NCBI GenBank assembly: GCA_937625935.1
Contig: OW569344.1
Span: forward strand, 635,784-699,783
Reading direction: 5' to 3'
DNA: 64,000 nt
Source: Tetramitus jugosus
Taxonomy: Eukaryota > Protista > Heterolobosea
Part shown: positions 44,761 through 55,600 of the stretch, piece after piece
Layout of the letters: the number at the start of each line of letters is the position of its first letter
How positions within the stretch are numbered: the first letter of the stretch is position 1
The notes under the pieces: model-generated
Seen by the model: only the letters and a program-made list of their open reading frames with translations
Databases searched by the model: none
What the model was told of the DNA's origin: nothing
Program-made: the position numbers and the translations under genes

Positions 44761-46570
44761 TCTTGAAGGCATCGGGACGTGACTGTCCATCCATTTCTGT
44801 TCTCAGTAGATGGAGCATGTTCTTGGCCGCATTGATGTCTCTGTTGTGAGTCACTAAACATTTAGTGGTTGCACACTGTTTAACTCCTCGGACGACAGAG
44901 ACATTCAACGTTCCATTCTTGTCTATTCTCTTATGCTTGACTGGCTTGAGTTGACAATGACAGCCATTGCAAATCTGAGAAGTCTTACACTCATCCACCA
45001 TATGGACTTGGAAATGCTCAGTCATTCTCTTCAACAATTTGACTTTAGGACTAACCATGTTACCCTTTTAACTATTCTTGAATCCACCATTGCCCATCCC
45101 AATCAACATACTTCTTCCTTTCGACTTCTTTTTCAAATCATTCTTCACACCAGAAAGAGTCTTGTCTCTCATCATGTAACTGTCCCAATTCAGTTTCTTC
45201 ACCTTTGAAGAACAATAAAAGTCCAACAAATCTTCCTCGACTTCCAAAACCGAATCAATATGTTCTAGGTACAAGTCATTAGACGAGACATTAGAAGTCT
45301 TGATCGAGTTGTGGAGTTGATCAACATTCTTCCCACTCTTCTCATTCCACTGCTTTTGGAATTTCAATAATCGTTTCTTGTTCTTGGAATGGTGAGAGAG
45401 GTGATGGTAGGTCTTGTTACTCAACTCCCATTTGTTACCATCATTATCAACACAAGACAATAAGGTAACAATACCGGGATCAATGCCCACCAAGTATTCG
45501 GATTGAGGGATTGGAGGTTTTGGATCAACCTTTTTCTTCTTGGGTGCCTTTTCCTCTGACTTCTTCTTTTTCACCTTGTGGTTCACATGGTTATCAATCA
45601 ATTGATGTCTAACAACCACAGAGGCCTGTATACCATCTGTTCTCACAGAGTCAATCTGCAACTTTCTTGAACCGACATTCAAACAATCAAGGTTGTATGA
45701 AAACACTGGGCCTTTTTGGATCTTGTCTAACAATTTTTGAAATTCTTTGGTTCCAATTTCGATACATCTACACCTAAAATGACACTGTGGCAACAAAGTA
45801 AATGATTTCCTGTCTTTAGAGATCAAATATTTTTGAATGTGCCAGTAAAGTTTGAGAATTTGATTAGGATTCTTTTCGATGTAATCTTCACTCATTGGTT
45901 CTTTTGTGCCAACAACGTCATTCACTTCTTTGATCAATTGAGGGATTAAATAAATCAATTCTTGAGGAGGCAGTTTTTGAAAGTCATACACCTCAGCCGT
46001 AAAGATTAATTTTCTAATGATGTAATCAATCACTCTTCTTTGTTCACTTTTTGGAATCTTCAAAGATGGATCAATCAATTCTTCCATTCTCAGTCTCAAA
46101 TAGCGCTTCAATCTTTGCTCCAAAGTGAATTGAAACATATTGGAGATATTAGTGGCCAATGATTTGGCAACATAATTGAATGAATCTGAATAGCCATTGT
46201 ATATTTTTCGCAACTTTTCGATTTCATCATTCATGTTGATGGTGGCATTGATTCTTTCAACATTCTTGGTTCTATCAACAGAGTTTCTTCCAAAAAGGAC
46301 AGAACAAATTCTTTGAATGAAGCCTTGATTCACCTCAGGAATATTCACTCGTGATTCCAAGCACTTCAAAACAAAGGAATTGAGGAGCCTAGAGATTCTA
46401 ATAGCTGCTCTAGTAATTCCTTTTGCTCTTTCTTCAATCACTGGAACTAAAGAAGGATGATTCTTCAATAGAGATTTCAAACCAACCTTGATGACATAAT
46501 GAGAAGAATAGTTTTCCTTATTGACTCTTGTTCTCTTCCTCTTCCCACTCATGGGTACTCCTCGAGGCAT
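44684..46570 (-). pseudogene. Fanzor (TnpB-like RuvC nuclease), ~628 codons, with one in-frame TAA at 45068-45070
   Basis: RuvC-I LVGIDPG, RuvC-II VDECKTSQ, zinc finger CNGC...CATTKC, RuvC-III NRDINAAKN, Fanzor1-like FTLLP and RTDG motifs, basic NLS-like stretches. The two listed ORFs share a frame and are separated by TAA-AAG-GGT-AAC. Confidence 0.92.
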
Positions 46571-46949
46571 ACTAATGGTTGTTTGGTTTGATAAAAATGA
46601 GATATGATTGTTATTGTATTTGTTGTATGGTGTATTTGTTGTGTGTTGTATTTGTTGTGTGAGTTGAATCAAACAGCGAAAAAGACAGCGCTTTTTAAAC
46701 CGAGGTAGATGGCCGTTGCCGTTGTAAAGACAGTCTCAACGGAAATTGTTACAACTGCACCAATTCCGCAGCTTAGAGAAAACATTTATTGTATTTTTTT
46801 ATAATATATCCACCTACCTATCCAATCTTGAACCAACGAAAAACTTTCTCTCTGACACGACAACAACAACGAAAAACACAAGTCGCACAACGAACATCAA
46901 CAACAACAACCAAATCAATCAAAAAAGATGGAGAGTCGACAAGAGGTGT

Positions 46950-47690
46950 CTATTTGCAGTGTGCATTGTAGATTCTCTGAGCAAGTTTCAAGTAGGAGAA
47001 TACAAGCGGTACCAATGTGTATTGAATTCTCTTGACACCACCCTGACCAAAGTGCTTTCTGGCTGCGGCCAAAACTTTAAACAATTGATCAGTATCGCTA
47101 TTGTCAAACAAATGAACCAATCTGGCAATCAAGTTCTGTTCTTCTTCGAAATCTTCGAGCAATGTTGCAGCTATTGGTGAGTCGTCAGAAGGTGAGAATG
47201 TTGTCTGGTCTTCCTCATCCTTCAACAGTGGACGAATCAAATCAAACAGTTTGTTTACTTGTTCAAATGTTGAAATCTTGTGTCCATTGTCAAGTGCGCA
47301 TCTCACAATGCTCAGTGCAATAAACTTTCTCTGTTCATATCCAAGAGAATGAATAATATCACCATACTTCTCCAACTTCAAAACTGTTAGCACATTGTTG
47401 TATGACTCGAGTGGCACCAACAACAATCGCTTCAACATGTCTACAATTTCATCTGAAGCAAGTGCAGTGATATTCAATTGACTAGCAATGTTATTAATAA
47501 TCTTGTTGACATAGTCAGTGTTATCAGGATATGTTTGAAGAGCAAGTGTCATCAATGAGATCTGAATACTCAAGTTATCGGACAATTCAACATCTCTCTA
47601 ATGGTATCAATAGTAGGACAGAATTTGACAAACATCAGAAAACTCACACTCATCATCAGGTCACTCGCTCTCACGATGTCCTTCAGAGTG
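46950..47690 (-). pseudogene. VPS35: Internal fragment of retromer subunit VPS35 carried inside the Fanzor element; retains a 50-nt intron (47598-47647); upstream boundary approximate
   Basis: IQISLMTLALQTYPDNTDYVNK...YNNVLTVLKL...EDFEEEQNLIARLVHL...ARKHFGQGGVKRIQYTLVPLVF. No VPS35 N- or C-terminus is present. GTGAGT...TTAG intron is in frame. Confidence 0.9.
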
Positions 47691-47742
47691 TTTGTTTTCT
47701 GTTTTTTGCAAGTTTTTTTTGATGAAAAAAATCAATGAACAA

Positions 47743-48063
47743 ATGGGAAAACAAGGAAAAGGCGCCAAAAGAAGACATAACCAACACCAACAATTGGTAA
47801 AGTTTGGAGTCAAAAGAAAAGTAAGAATAACCGATATACATATTGATTTATTTGTGTATCTAGTTGGTTCGTTCCTTGGTGTAGAAGATGTGTTGAATTT
47901 GGTATTGACGTGTCGGGATTTTCGATCTTCGATAGTCAATAATCTATCAACAATAAGGTCTTATATGGACAATTTGTACTCACACTGTTTGGCCGTTTGC
48001 AAGTCAGGCTTACCGTGCAAATTGCAAAGGAAATTTTTTGTGCCTGTTTTGATTGCTTGTTGA
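47743..48063 (+). pseudogene. Truncated F-box-like ORF inside the Fanzor element
   Basis: ITDIHIDLFVYLVGSFLGVEDVLNLVLTCRDFR is F-box-like; the ORF stops about 20 bp before the element end. Confidence 0.55.
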
Positions 48064-48080
48064 ATCAACAAGTACTTGAC

Positions 48081-50324
48081 CGCAGTTCCGTTTAGTCCGG
48101 TGTGCTCTGTCAAATCGGCTTTTGGATCTTGAATAACCAATTGAACAAAACCTTCACCAAAGTATGGACAGGAATATCCGTTCCATTCTGGTTTAGCAGT
48201 ACATGTCTTGGATGTCATGAGAGCGTTGTTGGAGACGTACCATCCTCCAGCGACACCCAAAGAATCTCTACCCACTATTGCACCATCCAGATCGTGAATA
48301 CCGCAATGGAATGGATTATCTCCAGTAACATCCTTAGTTACCACGTACGCCTTGTTAGCATTCTCAAACTTCAAACCAACATATCTGTTTCTTGTATGGT
48401 GAGCGAATGGGCCATTGCCTAAACTTCCGAGTGCACCTGCTGGTCTCATGGCGTCTGAAACATAGTTCTTGAAGGTGACATTTCGAACATATTGGGGCCC
48501 CCCATTATCATACGTTTCATGTCCCTTGATCAATGTTGCTACACTCCATTGGTTAGGTCTGGAACGACCTGCTTCTCCATTTAGGATCGCAATACCTGCA
48601 TTGTCAGTTTCTCCGATAAATAATGAATTCTCGAGGTAGGTTGGTCCTGGAACAGCATTGAAGCCATTCAAATTGTCCAGCAGAACAAAGTTTGAAAACC
48701 TCAATGGACCACCTCTCGTCCATGTTCCATATCTTCTATTCTTGTAGCCGATAAAGTTGGTGAAATGAGCTTCTGCCGACACTAACTCCCAACTTTTTTT
48801 GGGTTGTCCAACGTCATCGTTATACGGTGGTACTCTTGGAGTATAGGATGCTTCCTGGACTGTTCCATCTGGATTCGTCATATCATCGACATGTAAACCA
48901 TTCGCAAGACAAGAATGAGCAACATTACTATCAAATTTGGCCAATGGTGTCAATCTTGGTTTCACATATGGGTCGTTTTTGGCGTATCTGGTAGCACTCA
49001 TTCCAACGGGACTCTCACCCATGGCGTACCAATATCCAAACATACCCCCAACAGCTGCGTTGTTGGTAAATGTATTGTTAGGGTTGGTGATCCAAAAAAC
49101 AGATGGTTCACTATCAGTTGGAATCAGTCTCAACCCACCTTCACCATCAACTGCCTTGACCTTGATACCGAGATTGTGATCAAATGTATTCATTCTCTCA
49201 CCACCGTCCTCCAAAAAGTAACAATGGCCATACACATCAAAGGCCACATTGTTCTCAACCAAAATTCCATGAGAGTCGTGAATGGCCACACAACGTTGGA
49301 AACCTTGACGAATAGAACTGTCTCGAACATAGAATCGTCTACTGGACATGTCTCCATTCAAATGGAAGTGGAGTGCATAACGTCCCATGACACCCGCCTG
49401 ACCCATGTTGTACAATTCGATTCCTGATATCTTTGCTGTCTGAGCTGCGCGAATAATGACATGGCCACCAAATCGGTCGGCTGCACCCTCATTATCACTC
49501 TTGAGCACAATTCTACGGTTGAGCAAACCCACTTCTGCCTTCTCGAATCCGTCACCCCAATGAGTGTATAACAGATTGGACGTTAGAGTGACAATGTTGC
49601 CACTGATTGATTCAATGACTGCTTCTTCATTTTGATCTGGGACGTAACCACGACCGGCCAAGTGGGATAAAGACTTTGGTATAGTTGGGCTCCATTTCAG
49701 CAAAGGGTGATAATCCGTGTTGGCGATCACAATCGAATCTCCAGCTTGCCACAGTCCAGCAACAGATTGGTCCAAAACGATCTTGTTGGTGCCGTTTTGG
49801 GCAGTAGCAGACAATCTTGTCCATGTCAATCTCTTATTGTTCAGCTTTCCGTGCATCTCAATGTGTCCATCGGTAACAACAGATATTCCCTTGGAGCCAA
49901 GAGCACCATTATCACTTGGATCAGTGCCCATGTCACTGGTCATCTTTCTCGAGCCGTAGAAAATGAGTTGGATCTTATTTTGAATCGGGCAGTCTTCAGA
50001 CCCGATCAATAACTTGCCTCCAGCGTTGACTCGCATCCAATGGAAGCGGAATTCAGTGTTCTTATCATCGAACACAAGTTCTCCATTGATCACAATACTG
50101 TTGAGTACAGTTGTGTTTGTAAGATCCATGAGAACTCTTTTGCCTACAGGAATGGTGACATTGGCTCCCTCCGTGTTCCATGACGATCCTCCCAAAACCG
50201 ACCACTTATCCGTAAAAGAAGCTTGTTGACAGGCGGCGTCGACTGTGGTGACAGGGAAGAAAACACAAAGGAGAAATAGTAATACAACACACAATAATGA
50301 TGGATGGCTAATGAGAGTAGGCAT
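48081..50324 (-). pseudogene. N-terminal half of a secreted G8-domain / beta-helix protein (CEMIP/TMEM2/fibrocystin-like), interrupted by the Fanzor element
   Basis: Signal peptide, G8 domain (VTIPVGKRVLMD...GKLLIGSEDCP...MHG), AEVGLLNR, MGQAGVMGRYALHFH, GHCYFLEDGGE, FWITNPNN. Confidence 0.9.
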
Positions 50325-50946
50325 CTTATACTATGCAGTCTTGAGTATAGAATTGTATGATTTTTGTGTTCTTGTTGAGATTTTGTGTCTCTTAAATAAT
50401 GGTGTCTCACACGAAGGTCAAGATTCAATGGACACCTGACGATTGATAAAAGATAGGTGATGCATAGCCCTGTGCCGGTTCTAGCGGGACCCTGAGATAT
50501 GGGAATGATTCGAACTGTGTGCAGCGATCTTAAATTGAACTCTATACTCGTGTCACTCCGGGGTGATGTGTTTAGGCCAAAGTGAATCGCTCTTTTTTCG
50601 GCATTTTTGAAACCCTCCCAATAGACTTGTTCGAAAAGTGAAAGGAAGTGCAGGTACGCAGCAAGCGGGAAAGGAACTTTCTGAGGTTGCAACCAAGAAA
50701 CAAAAAATTACACCGAGAGCAACTGTTGCACATGACCATTACTATTATATGAGCCACAACTGCGTCCAGAGATCGTAATGGGCAGATGAGGCATAAGGAT
50801 GATACTTGCAGGATCCAGAGTCAAGAATTCCAAGGCAGAATTCATCCTTCTAATTGCAATGGGCATCACCATTCCGGAGATTTAAAATTCCTTTCGAGGC
50901 TTTGAAAAACATACTATCAAAAACATAAGAGCTCACATTGACTGCA

Positions 50947-52542
50947 ATGAACATCTCCAATAGGCGTGATAGATCGAATGTGGTTCTCTTCACTACCACA
51001 ACAATAATTCTACTGTTGACTGTTGTTTTTTTTCGAACAAGCACTGCAACGGTCAGTATTCATGCCACACCTTGTAAAGCCATATCATTACAAAAGGAGT
51101 GGCTGGGTGTGAATATGCCCACGACTCAGTACGACCCGACCGTCTACAGCTATGATTCCATGGTGGAAGCTCTCGTCTCTCTCAACATCTCTCACGTCAG
51201 AGTACCTGTTCAATGGTGGTGGTTAGAACCTGTGAATGGTACCATGTCTCAATTGTATTTGGATCGACTAGATTCCATTATGCAGAAATTTTCTGTGGCA
51301 CATGTCAAGACCTTGTTCTTCTTTGTTGGATCACCTGTATGGCTCACGACAGATCCGTTGAAACAAGTGGATACATATCCACCTGCGGATTATAACTTGT
51401 ACTATGATAGAGTGAAATTTCTGATTAATCGATATGAGTCACTGGGACTTGATTCGATTCAAATTTGGAATGAGGTAAACATTCCTGGTTTCTGGAGACC
51501 TAAAGAAGACCCTGCAGCCTACTCTGAACTACTAAGAGGCTCATACAACATGGTCAAGTCCATGAATCAGACACATGTTAAAGTTGTGATGGCAGGTATG
51601 GCCTACTTCAGCGAAATGCCCAACTACAACTACGATTGGATGCTCAGAGTACTTAGAGACAATGGAAGTTTTAGTTATTGTGATGCTGTTGCATATCATC
51701 CATATTATTTCACTCCAGAAGGTAATGATCCAAACGATCTGTTCTCCTTTGAAGACAAGGCCACCTTGGTCAACTCCAATTTGAATGGGAAGAGTGTATG
51801 GGCAACAGAATGGGGCTGGTCAACCTACACTACCAATATGGAGGAACAGCCTTTCATTACCGAGTTGCAGCAAGGCGATTATATCTTGAAGAGAATGACT
51901 ATGCTCATGCACTTGTGTTTTGATAGAGTGTACCAATTCACTCTACATGATCTATCAAATGGTGTTGGTGGTAGAGACGAGTTTTATGGAATGTTGAGAG
52001 CAACTCAAGATGGTTCCATCGTGGGCAAGCCTTCCTACTTTGCCATGCGAAACTTTTTATCCTTTATCAGCAATAGTAGTGATAACACTATTTTGGAGCC
52101 TGTGGATCCCATTAAACCAGAAGTCGAACCTGGTAACATGCACTCTCTTACAGTTAAAGATTCAAGTTCTGGTTCTATTTTCTGGTTCTATTGGGCCAAT
52201 AGAGAACTCAATGTAACTATTAAGCTGAACACAACAATGATATTAGGCTCCTACACTGACACACCACAAATTCAGATGACTTTTTATGAACCGTTGAATG
52301 GAACCAGTGTTATTCAAGTATTGAATACGACCACTTCGAAGCGTGAAGTGTCCGTGGAAGTGAAGGTGTGGACAGGACTGAGAATAGTCAAAATTTCTCA
52401 AGCTCAGCAGAATCAAGCTCAACAGAGTGAAGTTTCACAGAGTGAAGTCCAGCAAAGTGAAGTTTCGCAAGCGGCCCTTAGTACCACACAACAACATTTT
52501 ATTCTTGCCGTGTTGCTGTGTTTATTCATTTTCTTGTACTAG
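50947..52542 (+). CDS. Secreted, probably GPI-anchored clan GH-A glycoside hydrolase, PslG-like (GH39)
   Basis: WNEVNIPGFWRPKEDP (acid/base), AGMAYFSEMP, YHPY, WATEWGWS (nucleophile), RDEFYGML, KPSY; signal peptide and hydrophobic tail; no introns. Confidence 0.85.
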   Translation: MNISNRRDRSNVVLFTTTTIILLLTVVFFRTSTATVSIHATPCKAISLQKEWLGVNMPTTQYDPTVYSYDSMVEALVSLNISHVRVPVQWWWLEPVNGTMSQLYLDRLDSIMQKFSVAHVKTLFFFVGSPVWLTTDPLKQVDTYPPADYNLYYDRVKFLINRYESLGLDSIQIWNEVNIPGFWRPKEDPAAYSELLRGSYNMVKSMNQTHVKVVMAGMAYFSEMPNYNYDWMLRVLRDNGSFSYCDAVAYHPYYFTPEGNDPNDLFSFEDKATLVNSNLNGKSVWATEWGWSTYTTNMEEQPFITELQQGDYILKRMTMLMHLCFDRVYQFTLHDLSNGVGGRDEFYGMLRATQDGSIVGKPSYFAMRNFLSFISNSSDNTILEPVDPIKPEVEPGNMHSLTVKDSSSGSIFWFYWANRELNVTIKLNTTMILGSYTDTPQIQMTFYEPLNGTSVIQVLNTTTSKREVSVEVKVWTGLRIVKISQAQQNQAQQSEVSQSEVQQSEVSQAALSTTQQHFILAVLLCLFIFLY

Positions 52543-52671
52543 AAGAATGTTGGCTCGTACAAAGTGGCAGGAACTTCAATAAATTGAGATTGCTCAAGTT
52601 CATCCCGTACCAATCTTTTTTATGGGTGTGTCTTGTTGGCGCCAATTTTTGAATTGGAAACAAAATAAACA

Positions 52672-55600
52672 ATGACTTGGAGCATCTATGATTGTTGCAA
52701 TCTAGATCACGTTCATTTCAAGCCACAGAACGAGAATGTCACACTGCTGAGCAGAGTTGCCCTTTTTGGTGGTCTGACCAAACAAGATAGATGCAAATTA
52801 CAATTGAATGAACGAAGCCAGTATTCGAGGAACTTTGATCGAGGTGTTCACAAGGTATCTGATGATACCATTTCTCAAAGGATACGACAAGAAGTCATGG
52901 AAAACAAGAATGAAAATTTCAAGTTGGGCTTTTTTGCACTAAGTGGTGCGAAGGACAGTGGTAGTCAACCGATTCCCAGAGATGTGCTTCACTTGATCAT
53001 GTCTTTTATTCCAGCATTTCCCTATTATTTCGTGCTGAAGTCAGTGTGTCGTCAGTGGTTCCACGAATTTCAAGAACATATTTTTGCCAAAGTTGAACAT
53101 TTGAGTCTGGTGGATGATGGAAAACCAAAGTACTATTTCAGAAGAGAAGATGATGGTCATGAAATATTGGTTCAGTTTAAACCCTTTGGTTTGATTGGAA
53201 CTCAAGGTCGGATGAGTGATTTTTGTTATCCGATGCTCAATCCTGACAAAACTCATCTGTTTGAGTTCTTGGCTCAATCATTTCCCAATGTGAAACATCT
53301 TCGATTGGGTTTGGGGTCTATTGATTGCACCCATTTCAAACAATGTGTGCCAGCAATGTTTCCAAAGTTGACACAGCTGGAAACTTTGGATATTATAGAT
53401 ACTGTGAATTATTACCAGAGGGGTCCATTTTGGGTGATGCAGAAAGATATATTGGAGATGATTGCTCGTTCATTGCCAAGTTCAACCAAGAACCTAAACT
53501 TTATTGGAGTAACCTTGTTAAGAATGTCAGAGTTGGAGATGCTCAAGATGTTTTCGAAGAAAGGAAGACAATCAATCTCAGAATCGTTACATCCATCGTC
53601 GATGGTGGAGCAGAATTCATCTGTGGATATTCAGAACTTGTCTTTGTCTTACTCGTTCTTGGATGGCTTGAATATCGATGATTGCAGATCTCTCAAGGAA
53701 ATGTACTCAGACTGTGAGATGTCAGTGGTGGATTCGAGATCTCACAGTGATTCAGCATCTTCGCTTCCAGTTTTCTCCTATGTTGAGTATTTGAATTACA
53801 TGTCAAAGAAGGAGGGAATTGTCTTGTCAGTCATGAAAGATGTACAGAGACGTTTGATGAGCGACACTTCTGAAATTATTGAAACCGTGATTGATATTGC
53901 TGTGCAAGAACACGCTTATTTTCAACCTCTTCTCTCTCTTCCAGCAGCGAAAACAGGGATTCAGATCGAATCACGAACCAAACTAGATGCAGAGTTTATG
54001 CTCAGGACCGAGAAAGAGTTTTTACCCAAGATGCTGGAGTTGCTCGCTGATCCAAGTCGAATGAAATACTCTGAATTGGTCTTCAACATTGATAGTACCT
54101 TTTTTTATGAAGAGAAGCCAAGAACCCTCCTCAACGGTTTGATATCAAACTGCTACAGTGAACAAGATTTTAACATGATCAAGACAATCATTGAGACTTA
54201 CAAACCTTCATTGGCTGTCAATGGTGTTAATAATTATCTTTACGAGACGTCCTTCAGTTCACTCACTCCGGTTCGAACTGAATTGATGAAATATTTGGTG
54301 TGTTTGAAGCCTGACTTGATCAACTTGGGAGATTCAGAAGGAATCATCAATGATAGTCAAAAAGATCTTCCAATCATTCAGTTGATTCTCTCCCGGTGGT
54401 ACCCTGCCATAGAATGTTTGGAAGAAATCAAATTCTTGGTATCAGCAGGAGCGTTGCTCACTCAAGTAGACAAACATGGAAACAATATTCTTCACTCTGC
54501 CTGTGAGTGTATGGAGATTGAGTTAGTGAAATATTTGTCGTTAGTTTGTCCTGAGAGTTTTATGTTCGAAAGAAACAAGCGGAACCAAACTCCTCTGGAG
54601 TTACTGTTTACTCGTCCCTTGCGTGCTTCTCTTCGCCCACAGTTTCTGAACGAAGTTGTACATTTACCTTGCTTCAAGGATCAACCACTCAAAGATTACA
54701 AGACATCATGTGGCAATCTCCTTCATGCTGCCCTGTACACTCCACATCTCGAGACCATCCAATGGTTCCTTCAGAATGGATTTGATGCAAATGCATTGAA
54801 TGAGAATGGAGAAAACGCATTTTTCCGTTGCATTTCAAGAAAGGAGTCAGGTTATGGACCTGGATTTGTGGATGAAATTGCTGTTGAACTGATCAAAGCA
54901 GGAGCACAAATTGAACTTGAGAACAAGGAGCGAAATACCGTTGTTACATTTGGACTTCAAAACAACAAGAACTACCGAATGGTTAAATTCCTTGTCCAGA
55001 CAGCAGGATCACTTTCGTCGAAACAATGGTCAACTCTCTTGGCTCCAAGAATGAAACATGGATTGAACGCTCTGCATTATTTTGTCAAGAAAATGGTTGA
55101 GATCATGGACTCCTACTCAGAGATCAACAGAGATAAAGCATGGTCTCAACATAGCGATTGTCCTATTGCGAAACATTGTGCACTCCTTTGTCTTGAACAT
55201 CACCCTGAAATGCTCTATGAGCGCTCTGAACCATCAGATGAACAGGATCTGAAATATATTTGTGGTGTGAGTCCACTTCAAATGTTGCTTGAAGCCCGTC
55301 ATGGATTGTATTTATTGAGTGAATTATCAATCAAGTTGAGTGATATTGCCAATCAACCAGTTTTTAAGAGCAAGAATACTGCTGATGATATGGCTGCTCC
55401 CATTCCTGTCATGTATCTCGCATCGGAAGTGGCGATAGATATTTCAATGTTTGATGAATTGATGAAACTTACTGACAATGTTCTTGTCAGGGATGAAGCA
55501 CGAGAAACAAGACCCAATCTTTTGCACATTGCAGCAGAAAGAAGTGTTTCTTTATGTGAGTGTATCATAAAGCATTGGAAAGAAAGGTATCCTGATCCAG

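Larger units (their letters stand above)
44609..48082 (-). mobile_element. Non-autonomous Fanzor-carrying element (~3.47 kb) inserted in the G8 gene, with captured host gene fragments
   Basis: Both ends carry CG and imperfect inverted termini, CGGTGAAATA (44609-44618) versus CGGTCAAGTA (reverse complement of 48073-48082). Removal leaving one CG restores G-T-A-N-Y-I-L-K in frame. Confidence 0.8.

Noticed and set aside
45068-45070. TAA reassigned to Gln (ciliate-type code) as the explanation of the Fanzor stop
   Set aside because: Many conserved genes here (EMC1, DUF2828, ABCF2, bL21m, SDR) end at TAA at the expected position and have no internal TAA/TAG.
44594-48080. Fanzor element spliced out as an intron (GT right after the left CG, AG at CTTAAG would keep frame)
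   Set aside because: Donor GTCAAG does not match the GTA/GTG-type donors seen here, there is no clear branch point, and 3.5 kb far exceeds other introns. Only RNA-seq could rescue it.
44609-48082. IS607 serine recombinase, Helitron RepHel or mariner transposase as the carrier
   Set aside because: No such ORF lies in the element; no TC...CTRR ends and no TA-flanked TIRs.
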